From IMG/VR virus record IMGVR_UViG_3300045988_115849: 64,000 nt of DNA, one strand, 5' to 3'. The translations under genes and the position numbers were made by a program. Every line of letters begins with the position of its first letter. Within the stretch, counting starts at the first letter, position 1. The notes below the pieces were generated by a model. It had not been told where the DNA came from. It saw nothing but the letters and a program-made list of their open reading frames with translations, and ran no database searches. This DNA comes from a virus. Positions 50,316 to 58,345 of the stretch are shown in pieces.

Positions 50316-50570
50316 ATGAAAATATATTCACATCGTTCAGACAAAGATGTAGATCATCTTAGATTTGATATGAAAATGGGTGGCGTAGTTTTAAGTTTTA
50401 GAAGAAGCGGAGAAGAACAAACAATGAATCCGCAAAACATGGCTCGTATAATTTTTGATGATACATGCGAAATAGACACCTTCATTATGGCATTGACTAA
50501 ACTAAAGAAAATTGCAGCGGATCACTACGGGGATTGGATGGCTAGTAACGCGATAGGAGAATACTTATGA
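50316..50570 (+). CDS. Hypothetical protein
   Basis: 84 aa, SD AAAGGAG. Confidence 0.5.
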   Translation: MKIYSHRSDKDVDHLRFDMKMGGVVLSFRRSGEEQTMNPQNMARIIFDDTCEIDTFIMALTKLKKIAADHYGDWMASNAIGEYL

Positions 50571-50944
50571 CAATTAATGAAATAATAACTCAGAGATTTC
50601 AATGCAACTTATATGAACGTATTAAAGAGTCAAACATTCCTATTGAACAATTAGACGTAAGTTTCAAAGGAGAAAAGGCATTTATAAGAGATAAAATAGC
50701 AGGACGTATCGTTGGAGAAGTTGATGTGAAGATTACTATGGAACGATATGAACCTAAAAAAATGACAAGAAGTGAAGTGGAAAAAGCTATACTTGCTTAC
50801 TGCGACCCTGTTGCCACACCATGCAAAGAATGCAAATGTTATAAAAAATGTGTAAAAAGGATGCCGTTTGAATGGTTAAGTAACGAGGGGTTACAAGAAT
50901 ATTATGAATTTTTGTATGGAATCAAAGTGGAGGTAAAGGAATGA
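50567..50944 (+). CDS. Hypothetical protein with a YC-x-C-x2-C-x-C module
   Basis: 125 aa, ATGA overlap. ..ILAYCDPVATPCKECKCYKKC.. Confidence 0.5.
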   Translation: MTINEIITQRFQCNLYERIKESNIPIEQLDVSFKGEKAFIRDKIAGRIVGEVDVKITMERYEPKKMTRSEVEKAILAYCDPVATPCKECKCYKKCVKRMPFEWLSNEGLQEYYEFLYGIKVEVKE

Positions 50945-51309
50945 CAATAGCACAGCAGGTAGCACACGATTTTTTAGAAAGCATAGAAAAGATGATCACG
51001 GCAAATAAATTAGATGTTGGAGTATTGGATACGAAAGTTTCTTATCAATCTTGCGAAGAAGCAATGATGAGCGTGACTGATACAAAAACAGGTTCTATTA
51101 TTGCAACAATGAGATTGAATGTAAATACAAGCAAATTAAAAAGAGAAATGCAGGAAAAAGAATTAGAAAACTATTGTCGTAAAAGAATCTGCCCTATTTG
51201 CATTTTTAAAGGGCAAGAACCGTGCATAATGAGAAAAATTAAATATGGAACAGCTACGAACGAAGAAGTAGAGGAAAGCTATAGAAAGGCGTTATGTGAT
51301 AAAAAATGA
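50941..51309 (+). CDS. Hypothetical protein with a YC-x-C-x2-C-x-C module
   Basis: 122 aa, ATGA overlap. ..LENYCRKRICPICIFKGQEPC.. Confidence 0.5.
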   Translation: MTIAQQVAHDFLESIEKMITANKLDVGVLDTKVSYQSCEEAMMSVTDTKTGSIIATMRLNVNTSKLKREMQEKELENYCRKRICPICIFKGQEPCIMRKIKYGTATNEEVEESYRKALCDKK

Positions 51310-51701
51310 CAAGAGAACAGATGATAGATGTGTTAGAAGATTACTGCAACAAAAATATATGTGTTTCATGTAAACTTCGTCATGCATGTGAAAGTAAAAA
51401 GGATTTTCCTGATATGATTGACGAAGAAATGGAAGATTATGTGAGTTACATTAAAGAAAAAAACACAGATGTAGAATCACAAAATGAGTGTGAATTGGAG
51501 GAAAAGAAAATGGAGCAGGTAAAAGTTTTGAAAGAAGTAACAAGAATTATTTATCCTAACAGGATGGATGAAGTGATCCCGATAAAAGAATTTGTGAAAA
51601 ATATTACAGATAAAGGATATAAAGTAATGATTAAAAGAGAAAATGTTATCAGTGGAAAGTATGACGTTGTTATTTATGAAGAAGAGGAGCTGAAAGAATA
51701 G
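51306..51701 (+). CDS. Hypothetical protein with a YC-x-C-x2-C-x-C module
   Basis: 131 aa, ATGA overlap. ..VLEDYCNKNICVSCKLRHAC.. Confidence 0.5.
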   Translation: MTREQMIDVLEDYCNKNICVSCKLRHACESKKDFPDMIDEEMEDYVSYIKEKNTDVESQNECELEEKKMEQVKVLKEVTRIIYPNRMDEVIPIKEFVKNITDKGYKVMIKRENVISGKYDVVIYEEEELKE

Positions 51702-51739
51702 CTAGTCAGTCTATGGTTGAATAAAGGAGATTCAAATAA

Positions 51740-51967
51740 ATGAAAACAGCTAAACTTTTAGAATTTAAGGGAGTCGATAAATGGAAATGTGTAAAATGCG
51801 GAAAGGATTCTACAGAAGATAAATATATGCGTAAAATCGTTTTTGAAAATAACGACGATAAAAGCCGTATAGTTCAGTTAAGCACAACAGTATGTCAAGA
51901 CTGTCTAAACAATATGCTTGATCTTATTGGAAACTACTTAAATTCTGGTGGAAGGATACCATGGTGA
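51740..51967 (+). CDS. Small zinc-ribbon-like protein (paralogue of 49859..50080)
   Basis: 75 aa, SD AAAGGAG. ..KGVDKWKCVKCGKDSTEDKYMRKIVF..CQDCLNNMLD. Confidence 0.55.
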   Translation: MKTAKLLEFKGVDKWKCVKCGKDSTEDKYMRKIVFENNDDKSRIVQLSTTVCQDCLNNMLDLIGNYLNSGGRIPW

Positions 51968-51971
51968 GATT

Positions 51972-52247
51972 ATGAACAAACGTCAGGCGAAAAAGAAGAG
52001 GGACAAGCTAATAATAGCAGGAGGAACGCATAAAGGAGCAAGACTTAAGAAAAGGAACGACAAGAAAATTTGGGGGATATTAAAGAAAAATTTCGGCAAC
52101 TGCGAAAAATTAAGATCACTAACTATTTATAATCAACGTAAAAAAACAGAAGCTATTACACTGAAAAATGGGAGGAAGAAAATTTGTACGAGGAGTGTAG
52201 AAATTGCAGACATAAATATTCTGCACTCGAATGTGAATTATGTGTAG
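51972..52247 (+). CDS. Basic hypothetical protein
   Basis: ATG at 51972 after GGTGAG. MNKRQAKKKRDK.. Its 3' part overlaps an alternative mini-ORF (52184..52285). Confidence 0.4.
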   Translation: MNKRQAKKKRDKLIIAGGTHKGARLKKRNDKKIWGILKKNFGNCEKLRSLTIYNQRKKTEAITLKNGRKKICTRSVEIADINILHSNVNYV

Positions 52248-52285
52248 ATTTTGATATGTATGAAGGAACTATTTACGGAAAGTAA
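52184..52285 (+). CDS. Possible 33-aa zinc-ribbon mini-protein (below the ORF-track cutoff)
   Basis: TTG at 52184 lies 8 nt after GGAGG. MYEECRNCRHKYSALECELCVDFDMYEGTIYGK, with two CxxC pairs. Confidence 0.3.
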   Translation: MYEECRNCRHKYSALECELCVDFDMYEGTIYGK

Positions 52286-52301
52286 AAGGAAGGAGGTTTA
52301 T

Positions 52302-52682
52302 ATGGCTAAAAAATATTACTCATGGGCGACAGAAAAATACAGCGATAATTACAGCGAGGCTTTTGAAACAATAGAGGAATGCATTAAAGAAGCGAAAAAT
52401 ATGGGATGTGAAGTAGATACAGTTATCTGGATTGGAAGAGTAGAAGAAGTGGATATAAGACAGGTATGCCTAACAATCATACTAGAAGATTTACACAATA
52501 CTCTATGTGATGATGTAGGAGAAGTTGCCGAAGATTGGTACATAGAAGATATAGATAATAAAGAAGCCTATGAAAAGTGCGAAAATGCTATAAATGATCT
52601 AGTTGTTAAGTTCATCGAAGAAAACGGCATGAAACCGACTTTTTCAAAAGTTACAGATATAAAGCCGTACTTTATCAAGTAG
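52302..52682 (+). CDS. Hypothetical protein
   Basis: ATG at 52302 after strong SD AAGGAAGGAGG. 126 aa, acidic. Confidence 0.55.
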   Translation: MAKKYYSWATEKYSDNYSEAFETIEECIKEAKNMGCEVDTVIWIGRVEEVDIRQVCLTIILEDLHNTLCDDVGEVAEDWYIEDIDNKEAYEKCENAINDLVVKFIEENGMKPTFSKVTDIKPYFIK

Positions 52683-52694
52683 GGGGTGCATTTA

Positions 52695-52901
52695 GTGAAA
52701 GAGAAAATATTCTATGTATGTGAAGAGTGCGGACTAAAATACGAAGATAAAGAAAGAGCATTAAAGTGTGAAAATGGACACCCGAAGAAATTAGAAATTG
52801 TTAAAAAGATGTATTGGCCGAGTGAATCGGTGCCAATGCATCTTAAAATTCGAACGGAAACAGGTGAAACGTTTATGTATTGCAGAGAGACTAGGAGGTA
52901 A
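52695..52901 (+). CDS. Small zinc-ribbon-like protein
   Basis: GTG at 52695 after GGGGGTG. ..YVCEECGLKYEDKERALKCENGH.. Confidence 0.45.
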   Translation: MKEKIFYVCEECGLKYEDKERALKCENGHPKKLEIVKKMYWPSESVPMHLKIRTETGETFMYCRETRR

Positions 52902-52909
52902 ATCAACAC

Positions 52910-53149
52910 ATGACAACAGTAGAAAAGATTAATTATATGATCGCATGTTTACAGATAGCTAAAGAAGAAGCTGAATATCTGGAACATTATAAAGAACGAG
53001 AGCAAAAAGTTTCAGAAGATCACGACAAATGGTGGTCTTGGTACTGTAAAAACAGAGTGCCAAACAAAGCATTGATCAAAGACAACCTAAGAAACGCAGC
53101 ACGAACAGGATTTGTTGTTGCAAAAATGGTAGAAAAGAATGGTAACTAA
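52910..53149 (+). CDS. Hypothetical protein
   Basis: 79 aa, SD TAGGAGG. Confidence 0.5.
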   Translation: MTTVEKINYMIACLQIAKEEAEYLEHYKEREQKVSEDHDKWWSWYCKNRVPNKALIKDNLRNAARTGFVVAKMVEKNGN

Positions 53150-53516
53150 GGAAGAAAAGATAAAAGCATTAAGAGAATATTGTCATTACTATAACTATGG
53201 TAAATGCTGTGAAACGTGCAGATGTCATTCTGTATGTGATGGACCATTAGGGAATTTTGAATTTATGGATAATGGCGTGTTGAACAAATGTTACGAAGTA
53301 ATTATTAAAGAAAAAAAGAAAGGGAACAAAATGATGATCAGAAGAAAAGTTGGAACAAACTTCTTACATACAGACACAGGCAGTGATTTTAATATTATCG
53401 AACATCTTTCAAAAGATGGATACGACGTTGATTATGAAGTGATTGACTGTGAAGGTGGTAAGAAAAAGATTTGCGCTACAATTTATGAGAAAATCGAGGT
53501 GGAAGATGAACGATAA
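53139..53516 (+). CDS. Hypothetical protein with a YC-x-C-x2-C-x-C module
   Basis: 125 aa. ..ALREYCHYYNYGKCCETCRCHSVC.. Confidence 0.5.
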   Translation: MVTKEEKIKALREYCHYYNYGKCCETCRCHSVCDGPLGNFEFMDNGVLNKCYEVIIKEKKKGNKMMIRRKVGTNFLHTDTGSDFNIIEHLSKDGYDVDYEVIDCEGGKKKICATIYEKIEVEDER

Positions 53517-54141
53517 ATCAAGTGTAACGAATTACAAAGTAAGTAAAATAAAAGTTCTTTATGCAAAAATTAACGAAAGAACTATACATAATCAAAGATA
53601 TTTTGAAATTTTGTATAAAGAAGTTGGCAAAGATTACGAATGTGTAGGGCATGGATCATTTTATTTAAGCACGGTACAGGAATGGCTTGAAATGTATTTT
53701 GAAATTGTAGGCGAAGAACAGGATAGGAGAACAAAAATGACAGGTAATGAATATCAGAACTTAGCAATGCGAACTAATGACGGATTAGGAATAGAAAGAA
53801 TAATGAATATGGCTGATAATTTAGAACAGGGAGTAGAGGACAACGTACCAGACACAGGGATTGACTTGGGTGGAATTATTAACGGCTTATTCGGATTATC
53901 TGGAGAAGTTGGAGAACTTACTGACATGGTTAAAAAATGGATATTCCATGAAAGTAATTTTGACGAGGAACACGCAAAAAAAGAACTAGGAGACGTTATG
54001 TGGTATGTAGCTATGATCTGTGAATCGTTCGGATGGAGTCTGGATGAGATCATGCAGATGAACATTGACAAGCTAAAGAAAAGATACCCTGATGGATTTG
54101 ACACAGAGAGAGCCAACAACAGAAGTCCTGAGGATGTGTAG
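53506..54141 (+). CDS. mazG: MazG-like nucleoside triphosphate pyrophosphohydrolase with an N-terminal extension
   Basis: ATG at 53506 after SD GAGGTGG. ..EYQNLAMRT..GLSGEVGELTDMVKKWIFH..EHAKKELGDVMWYVAMICESFGWSLDEIMQMNIDKLKKRYPDGF matches the MazG/NTP-PPase fold signature. Confidence 0.8.
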   Translation: MNDKSSVTNYKVSKIKVLYAKINERTIHNQRYFEILYKEVGKDYECVGHGSFYLSTVQEWLEMYFEIVGEEQDRRTKMTGNEYQNLAMRTNDGLGIERIMNMADNLEQGVEDNVPDTGIDLGGIINGLFGLSGEVGELTDMVKKWIFHESNFDEEHAKKELGDVMWYVAMICESFGWSLDEIMQMNIDKLKKRYPDGFDTERANNRSPEDV

Positions 54142-54142
54142 A

Positions 54143-54580
54143 ATGTATCTGTATAGTGGTATGGAAGTTGCTTCTTGTGTGTTGGAATTTAGCAACAAAT
54201 ACAAATGCGAAATCACTAATTTGATGCTGCAAAATATTCTGTATTACATCCAACTTAATTTCCTTAAGAAATATCATGAACCGATTTTCTCTGATGATAT
54301 TCTTGCATTAAGATTCGGACCGTGTGTTCAAGATGTATACGATAGATTCAATGTATTTACTAGATTTCCTATATATTGTCCAGATATTGAGTCTTGCATA
54401 GATGATATTGAAGTTTGTATATTAATTCATCAGGTCGTGAATGCATGTACGTTTTTGGAAGGTTGGCAATTGGCAGAAAGAGCGCAGAAAAAAGGCGGAC
54501 CATGGCATCAAACTTTTTGGAATAGAAGAAAAGTTATTCCTATTGAAGTGATGAAAAAATATGTAGAAGAAAAGGAGTGA
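54143..54580 (+). CDS. Panacea (DUF4065, SocA/GepA-like) domain protein
   Basis: ATG at 54143, 2 nt after the MazG stop. ..ITNLMLQNILYYIQLNFLKKYHEPIFSDDILALRFGPCVQDVYDRF.. parallels the DUF4065 pattern (KLQKLLYY.Q...L...G.PLF.....AW..GPV....Y). Confidence 0.7.
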   Translation: MYLYSGMEVASCVLEFSNKYKCEITNLMLQNILYYIQLNFLKKYHEPIFSDDILALRFGPCVQDVYDRFNVFTRFPIYCPDIESCIDDIEVCILIHQVVNACTFLEGWQLAERAQKKGGPWHQTFWNRRKVIPIEVMKKYVEEKE

Positions 54581-54584
54581 TCTT

Positions 54585-54881
54585 ATGTTAGCAGCAGCGT
54601 ATATTATCGGACTTTTAATCGGATTTATTCTATGCGCGGTAATGTATACAGCAAAGCACATAAACGATATAGAAGTTCCAATAAAACAACATATGGACAT
54701 GACAAATCTGCTGTATCATACACCGGTCATGTATCGGTGGTACAGTCTTAAAGGAAAACCAGAAATGCACTTTTATTGTTCACGGTGTTCAGGAGAAGTT
54801 GCGCCGTGGCAAGAAACTTGTAAATGCGGAAATAAATTAGACTGGGGAGAAAGTGAGGACTTAAGTGTTAATAAAAATTGA
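54585..54881 (+). CDS. Membrane-anchored zinc-ribbon protein
   Basis: 98 aa. N-terminal TM (AAAYIIGLLIGFILCAVMY). C-terminal CSRCSG..CKCGN. Lies 4 nt after the Panacea gene. Confidence 0.55.
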   Translation: MLAAAYIIGLLIGFILCAVMYTAKHINDIEVPIKQHMDMTNLLYHTPVMYRWYSLKGKPEMHFYCSRCSGEVAPWQETCKCGNKLDWGESEDLSVNKN

Positions 54882-55077
54882 TGATGCAACGGCTATAAAT
54901 ATGCAACATGCCGTTAGGTTATATGTTTCTGAATCAGTAAATGGATATGAGGTAAGTTGTGTGACATTATATAATGTATACACTATCAAGAAATGTGAAA
55001 CAAGAGAAGAAGCAATAAAAGTGTTGGAGAAAATACTTAATCAGTACGACAGAGGACAAAGGGTTATCAAGTTATAA
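54865..55077 (+). CDS. Hypothetical protein
   Basis: 70 aa. GTG start after SD GTGAGGA. Confidence 0.45.
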   Translation: MLIKIDDATAINMQHAVRLYVSESVNGYEVSCVTLYNVYTIKKCETREEAIKVLEKILNQYDRGQRVIKL

Positions 55078-55090
55078 AGGAGTGCTATAA

Positions 55091-55303
55091 ATGAATAACA
55101 AAAAAGAAATAAAGGAAAATGACAGCCAATCTTTAGCACTTGCAAACACCGTAAGAGTTTGGGAACAACCAGAAGATATTAGTAAGATTGAATCTAAAAA
55201 AGAAATAGATGATATTATCAAAGAAATTTTAGATAAAGCACCGAAACATCCTAAGGCAACAGGTTATCTAAGAATGAAAGAGGAACGTTATCATGAGAAG
55301 TAA
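55091..55303 (+). CDS. Hypothetical protein
   Basis: 70 aa, SD AAAGGAG. Confidence 0.5.
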   Translation: MNNKKEIKENDSQSLALANTVRVWEQPEDISKIESKKEIDDIIKEILDKAPKHPKATGYLRMKEERYHEK

Positions 55304-55571
55304 ATACTTTAACAACAGACAAGTACCTGTACAACAACGCAGGGTTAAGAATCGCAGGGATGCAGACAAACTAATACATAGCAGTTACACAGCTTTTCTT
55401 TTGCTAGGAATCATGGCATTAAGAAATAAATTTGACTTTGGTAGTGCAAGGATAGAGCGTTGGATTGATGAAATCAACGATCTAAGAGACAGTTACGAAA
55501 AAGGTTATATAAGTGTTCAGGACCTGCAGAAAACTATCAAGGAAGAAACAGGAATCGAGATAAAATTTTAA
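55293..55571 (+). CDS. Hypothetical protein
   Basis: 92 aa, SD GAGGAA. Basic N-terminus. Confidence 0.5.
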   Translation: MRSKYFNNRQVPVQQRRVKNRRDADKLIHSSYTAFLLLGIMALRNKFDFGSARIERWIDEINDLRDSYEKGYISVQDLQKTIKEETGIEIKF

Positions 55572-55630
55572 TACGTTTGTTATTCTATGAAATATATTTG
55601 TATGCAATACATAGAAGGAGCAGAAATAAA

Positions 55631-56092
55631 ATGGTTGATATAGGAAATAACATAAAGGAAATTAGAATTAGAAGAGGATTATCGCAAAGAGAGTTAGGAA
55701 AACGTCTTGGTGTATCGGCACAAGCAATTTCACTCTACGAAAAAAACGCAAGAAGATTGACATTAACAAAGATAGATGAGATTGCGGAAGCTTTAAACTG
55801 TGGACGATTTGATATATTTAAAAGTGTTATAGATCCATCTAATATAAAACTTAACGATGAACTTATTAATAATGCATTAGAATCATGTAAAGCGCTTGCA
55901 AGCACAGCGACAGATGCAGTTATAATAGCGGCGTTGTTACAACTTATGTCATATAGAGCTACTGGTCTAGCACCTGATCAAGTGGATGAGATGAAAGATG
56001 AGCTCGATTATTATAAAGATGAATACAATGATATTCAGGCAAGATATGATAAGTTATTTCATCATATGGAGGAATTAGGATGTCAGATATAG
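55631..56092 (+). CDS. XRE-family HTH regulator with a helical C-terminal domain
   Basis: ATG at 55631 after SD AGAAGGAG. ..IKEIRIRRGLSQRELGKRLGVSAQAISLYEKN.. C-terminal ..YRATGLAPDQVDEMKDEL.. Confidence 0.75.
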   Translation: MVDIGNNIKEIRIRRGLSQRELGKRLGVSAQAISLYEKNARRLTLTKIDEIAEALNCGRFDIFKSVIDPSNIKLNDELINNALESCKALASTATDAVIIAALLQLMSYRATGLAPDQVDEMKDELDYYKDEYNDIQARYDKLFHHMEELGCQI

Positions 56093-56142
56093 AAGATGCT
56101 TTAAGGAACATACTTTACAACTAACCGCCAATAAGGTTTGCA

Positions 56143-56496
56143 TTGGAAGGACTTCTTGAAGAAGAAACAGGATTAACGCCGGATGAAATAAAGTACGCAA
56201 GAGAATCAATGAAATTAGAACTAGAGAGGAGAAAAACGAAAATGTTTGAAGTAAAAGTTGATACTGAGACAATTAAGCATGTCATGGATGCTTGCAAAAC
56301 TGAGAAAGCATTAAACCAACACGGAGTTGTGATCTATAACTGTCTGAAAGAACTTTTAGAGTACAGAGAAACGGAATTGACACCAGATAAGATTAGAGAA
56401 ATGGATAAACTGTATCTTGAAAAGTGCCAAGAAGTCAATTCTTTAGTAGCAGCATGTGAAAAATTAGAAGGGAGAAAACAATATGAGAGCAAGTGA
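56143..56496 (+). CDS. Hypothetical protein with TGLTPD-type repeats; N-terminus possibly interrupted by an in-frame TAA
   Basis: TTG at 56143 with a weak SD. In frame with a 14-codon mini-ORF (ATG 56080, strong SD GGAGGA) that ends at TAA 56122-56124. Confidence 0.5.
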   Translation: MEGLLEEETGLTPDEIKYARESMKLELERRKTKMFEVKVDTETIKHVMDACKTEKALNQHGVVIYNCLKELLEYRETELTPDKIREMDKLYLEKCQEVNSLVAACEKLEGRKQYESK

Positions 56497-56695
56497 TTGT
56501 CCGTGTTTAGGATGCACGCCGGAGACAGGCAGACATTCAGAGTGTCACTCAAGTTGTGCCGGATATAAAAGCTTCTTGGATAAATATAAGAAAGAGAAGA
56601 AGAAAGAAAAAGAAATGAATATGAGTTATTATTCAGAAGAAAAAGCAAAAAATGTAAGAAAAAATCTTTTAAGGGCGAAAAGAGGTAGGAAATAA
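56483..56695 (+). CDS. Cys/His-rich basic small protein
   Basis: 70 aa, SD GAAGGGAG. ..CPCLGCTPETGRHSECHSSCAGY.. then a Lys-rich tail. Confidence 0.5.
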   Translation: MRASDCPCLGCTPETGRHSECHSSCAGYKSFLDKYKKEKKKEKEMNMSYYSEEKAKNVRKNLLRAKRGRK

Positions 56696-56970
56696 TGAAA
56701 AGAGAAGATTTTACAGCAATGATTCCTGAAAATGATAAATATGTTGGTAGTAACATATATTTAAATGGGAAGAATGCAGGATTCGAGGAGTGCTTACAAA
56801 TGATAAAAGAAAATATGGATAATTTGAAGTGTTCTAATTGCAAATATTTTTCAAAAATCAAAAACTTAAAAGATGGTACTTGTCAGAAATGGAAAGCACG
56901 ATGTGGTGGTCAGCGTGTTAATTCAGAAGATTTTTGCTCTGATTTCGAGAAGAAAATTGACACGGATTGA
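56695..56970 (+). CDS. Cys-rich small protein; last gene of the early operon
   Basis: 91 aa, SD GAGGTAGG. ..CSNCKYF..GTCQKWKARCGG..FCSDF.. Confidence 0.5.
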   Translation: MKREDFTAMIPENDKYVGSNIYLNGKNAGFEECLQMIKENMDNLKCSNCKYFSKIKNLKDGTCQKWKARCGGQRVNSEDFCSDFEKKIDTD

Positions 56971-57041
56971 TTGATGAATTATAATTAATATATCTTTAAT
57001 TTATTCCGAAGTGAAAAATAAACAGTAACTTTAGAAGTTTT

Positions 57042-57074
57042 GGCACGATCATTTGGCTAGGTCGTGCCTTTTTT
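57042..57074 (+). terminator. Intrinsic terminator ending the long rightward operon
   Basis: Stem GGCACGA (57042-57048) / TCGTGCC (57062-57068) followed by TTTTTT. Confidence 0.75.
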
Positions 57075-57103
57075 CATATCAATAATAGTGAAAAAGATGG
57101 CAA

Positions 57104-57889
57104 TTATTTTCCATCCGTCTTTGAGTTTTTATTGAATTTTTTCCATCTTTCCGGATATACTTCTTGGAACCATTCAAGAAAATTTCCAAACAGAGCATCT
57201 TCGGCTTCTTTTCTTACTGCGGCTGCATCTTCTATATTATTGTATCTTCCTAAATGGTATGTTTTGCCTTTAAATACTATTGTAGCGGCCCATTTTCGCC
57301 GATTTTTGTCCCAACTAACACCACAAACTCCAGATGTGTTATTCCGTAACATTTTTCTAGGTTTGATTGATATAATGGATGTATTTTCTATATATCCTTG
57401 TTCACATGTTTCCGCAGCCTTTTTGAGGTTTTCTCTGGCACTTCTTTGATGTGAGCAACCACAAGACATTTGTTTGTAAAACAGTCCGGCAGGAACTAGG
57501 TAGTGATTTCCACAAGAACATTCGCATTCCCATTTGTACCGATTTCCAATCCTTATTTGTTTAATTGCTTTACAGCCATAATCGTTAATTTTACCAGTAA
57601 GATCAGTTGGCTTATAGTGATTAGCTTCGGCAAAACATCCGCAAGATTGAGTTCGACCAGATGTTAGAGCATCGTATCTTACAGTTTTTGTATTTCCACA
57701 TTCACATTTGCAAATGGCATAAACTTTTCCTTTTTTTCTATAAGCATCTATGATAGTTAATTTTCCCCACTTTTCTCCATTAAATTCATTTGTATATTGT
57801 GGTGCGTTTTTGCATTCTTCGGAGCAATATTTTGCACTTGGTGCCCCATCAAAAGTCTTTCCACAGACAACGCATTCTTTTAAAGACAC
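57104..57889 (-). CDS. AP2-domain DNA-binding protein with CxCxCG...SCGC zinc-repeat modules
   Basis: N-terminal CVVCGKTF..YCSEEC. Repeats AICKCECGNTKTV..SCGC and WECECSCGNHYLV..SCGC. C-terminal ..SGVCGVSWDKNRRKWAATIVFKGKTYHLGRYNNIEDAAAVRKEAE (AP2 pattern). Start is GTG 57889 or TTG 57895. Confidence 0.75.
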   Translation of the reverse strand: MSLKECVVCGKTFDGAPSAKYCSEECKNAPQYTNEFNGEKWGKLTIIDAYRKKGKVYAICKCECGNTKTVRYDALTSGRTQSCGCFAEANHYKPTDLTGKINDYGCKAIKQIRIGNRYKWECECSCGNHYLVPAGLFYKQMSCGCSHQRSARENLKKAAETCEQGYIENTSIISIKPRKMLRNNTSGVCGVSWDKNRRKWAATIVFKGKTYHLGRYNNIEDAAAVRKEAEDALFGNFLEWFQEVYPERWKKFNKNSKTDGK

Positions 57890-57915
57890 AAACAACCACT
57901 CCTTCCTTTTGATAA

Positions 57916-57944
57916 ATTATACATACTATAACAAATATGGTCAA
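57916..57944 (-). promoter_or_regulatory. SigmaA-type promoter for the minus-strand AP2 gene
   Basis: On the minus strand: TTGACC (plus-strand coordinates 57939-57944), 17 nt, TATAAT (57916-57921). Confidence 0.6.
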
Positions 57945-57982
57945 TGTCGTAGCTAAAATTAGAAATATTTTTTTGCATCAAA

Positions 57983-58011
57983 TTGACAAAAATCTAACGT
58001 TAATATACTAT
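57983..58011 (+). promoter_or_regulatory. SigmaA-type promoter for 58052..59008
   Basis: TTGACA (57983-57988), 17 nt, TACTAT (58006-58011). Confidence 0.5.
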
Positions 58012-58051
58012 AAAAACAGGCATTAATAAAACTAATATGTGAGGTGCAAGT

Positions 58052-58324
58052 ATGGCTTTTGTTAATAAAAATGAAGGATATATCAGCTATGAGTGTTCTG
58101 AGTTGATAGAAGAATTGACGCAGGATATTGTAGAATTTGGAAGCTCTAAGATTGTTGCTGTATGGTGCAAAGAGATTCAAGGAACTACTGTTTATACAAA
58201 CTATGATTATATTACCGAGAATCAACCAATTGATGAATCTGAACTAGAACAAGGAGAATATTTAAAGGAAATGACAATGGGTGCGTTACTGACAGCCTTA
58301 GAAGCACAAAATGCAATGTTATAA
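58052..58324 (+). CDS. Acidic hypothetical protein
   Basis: 90 aa, SD GAGGTG. Between the two AP2 paralogues. Confidence 0.5.
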   Translation: MAFVNKNEGYISYECSELIEELTQDIVEFGSSKIVAVWCKEIQGTTVYTNYDYITENQPIDESELEQGEYLKEMTMGALLTALEAQNAML

Positions 58325-58345
58325 AATAATTTAGGGAGTGGTTTT

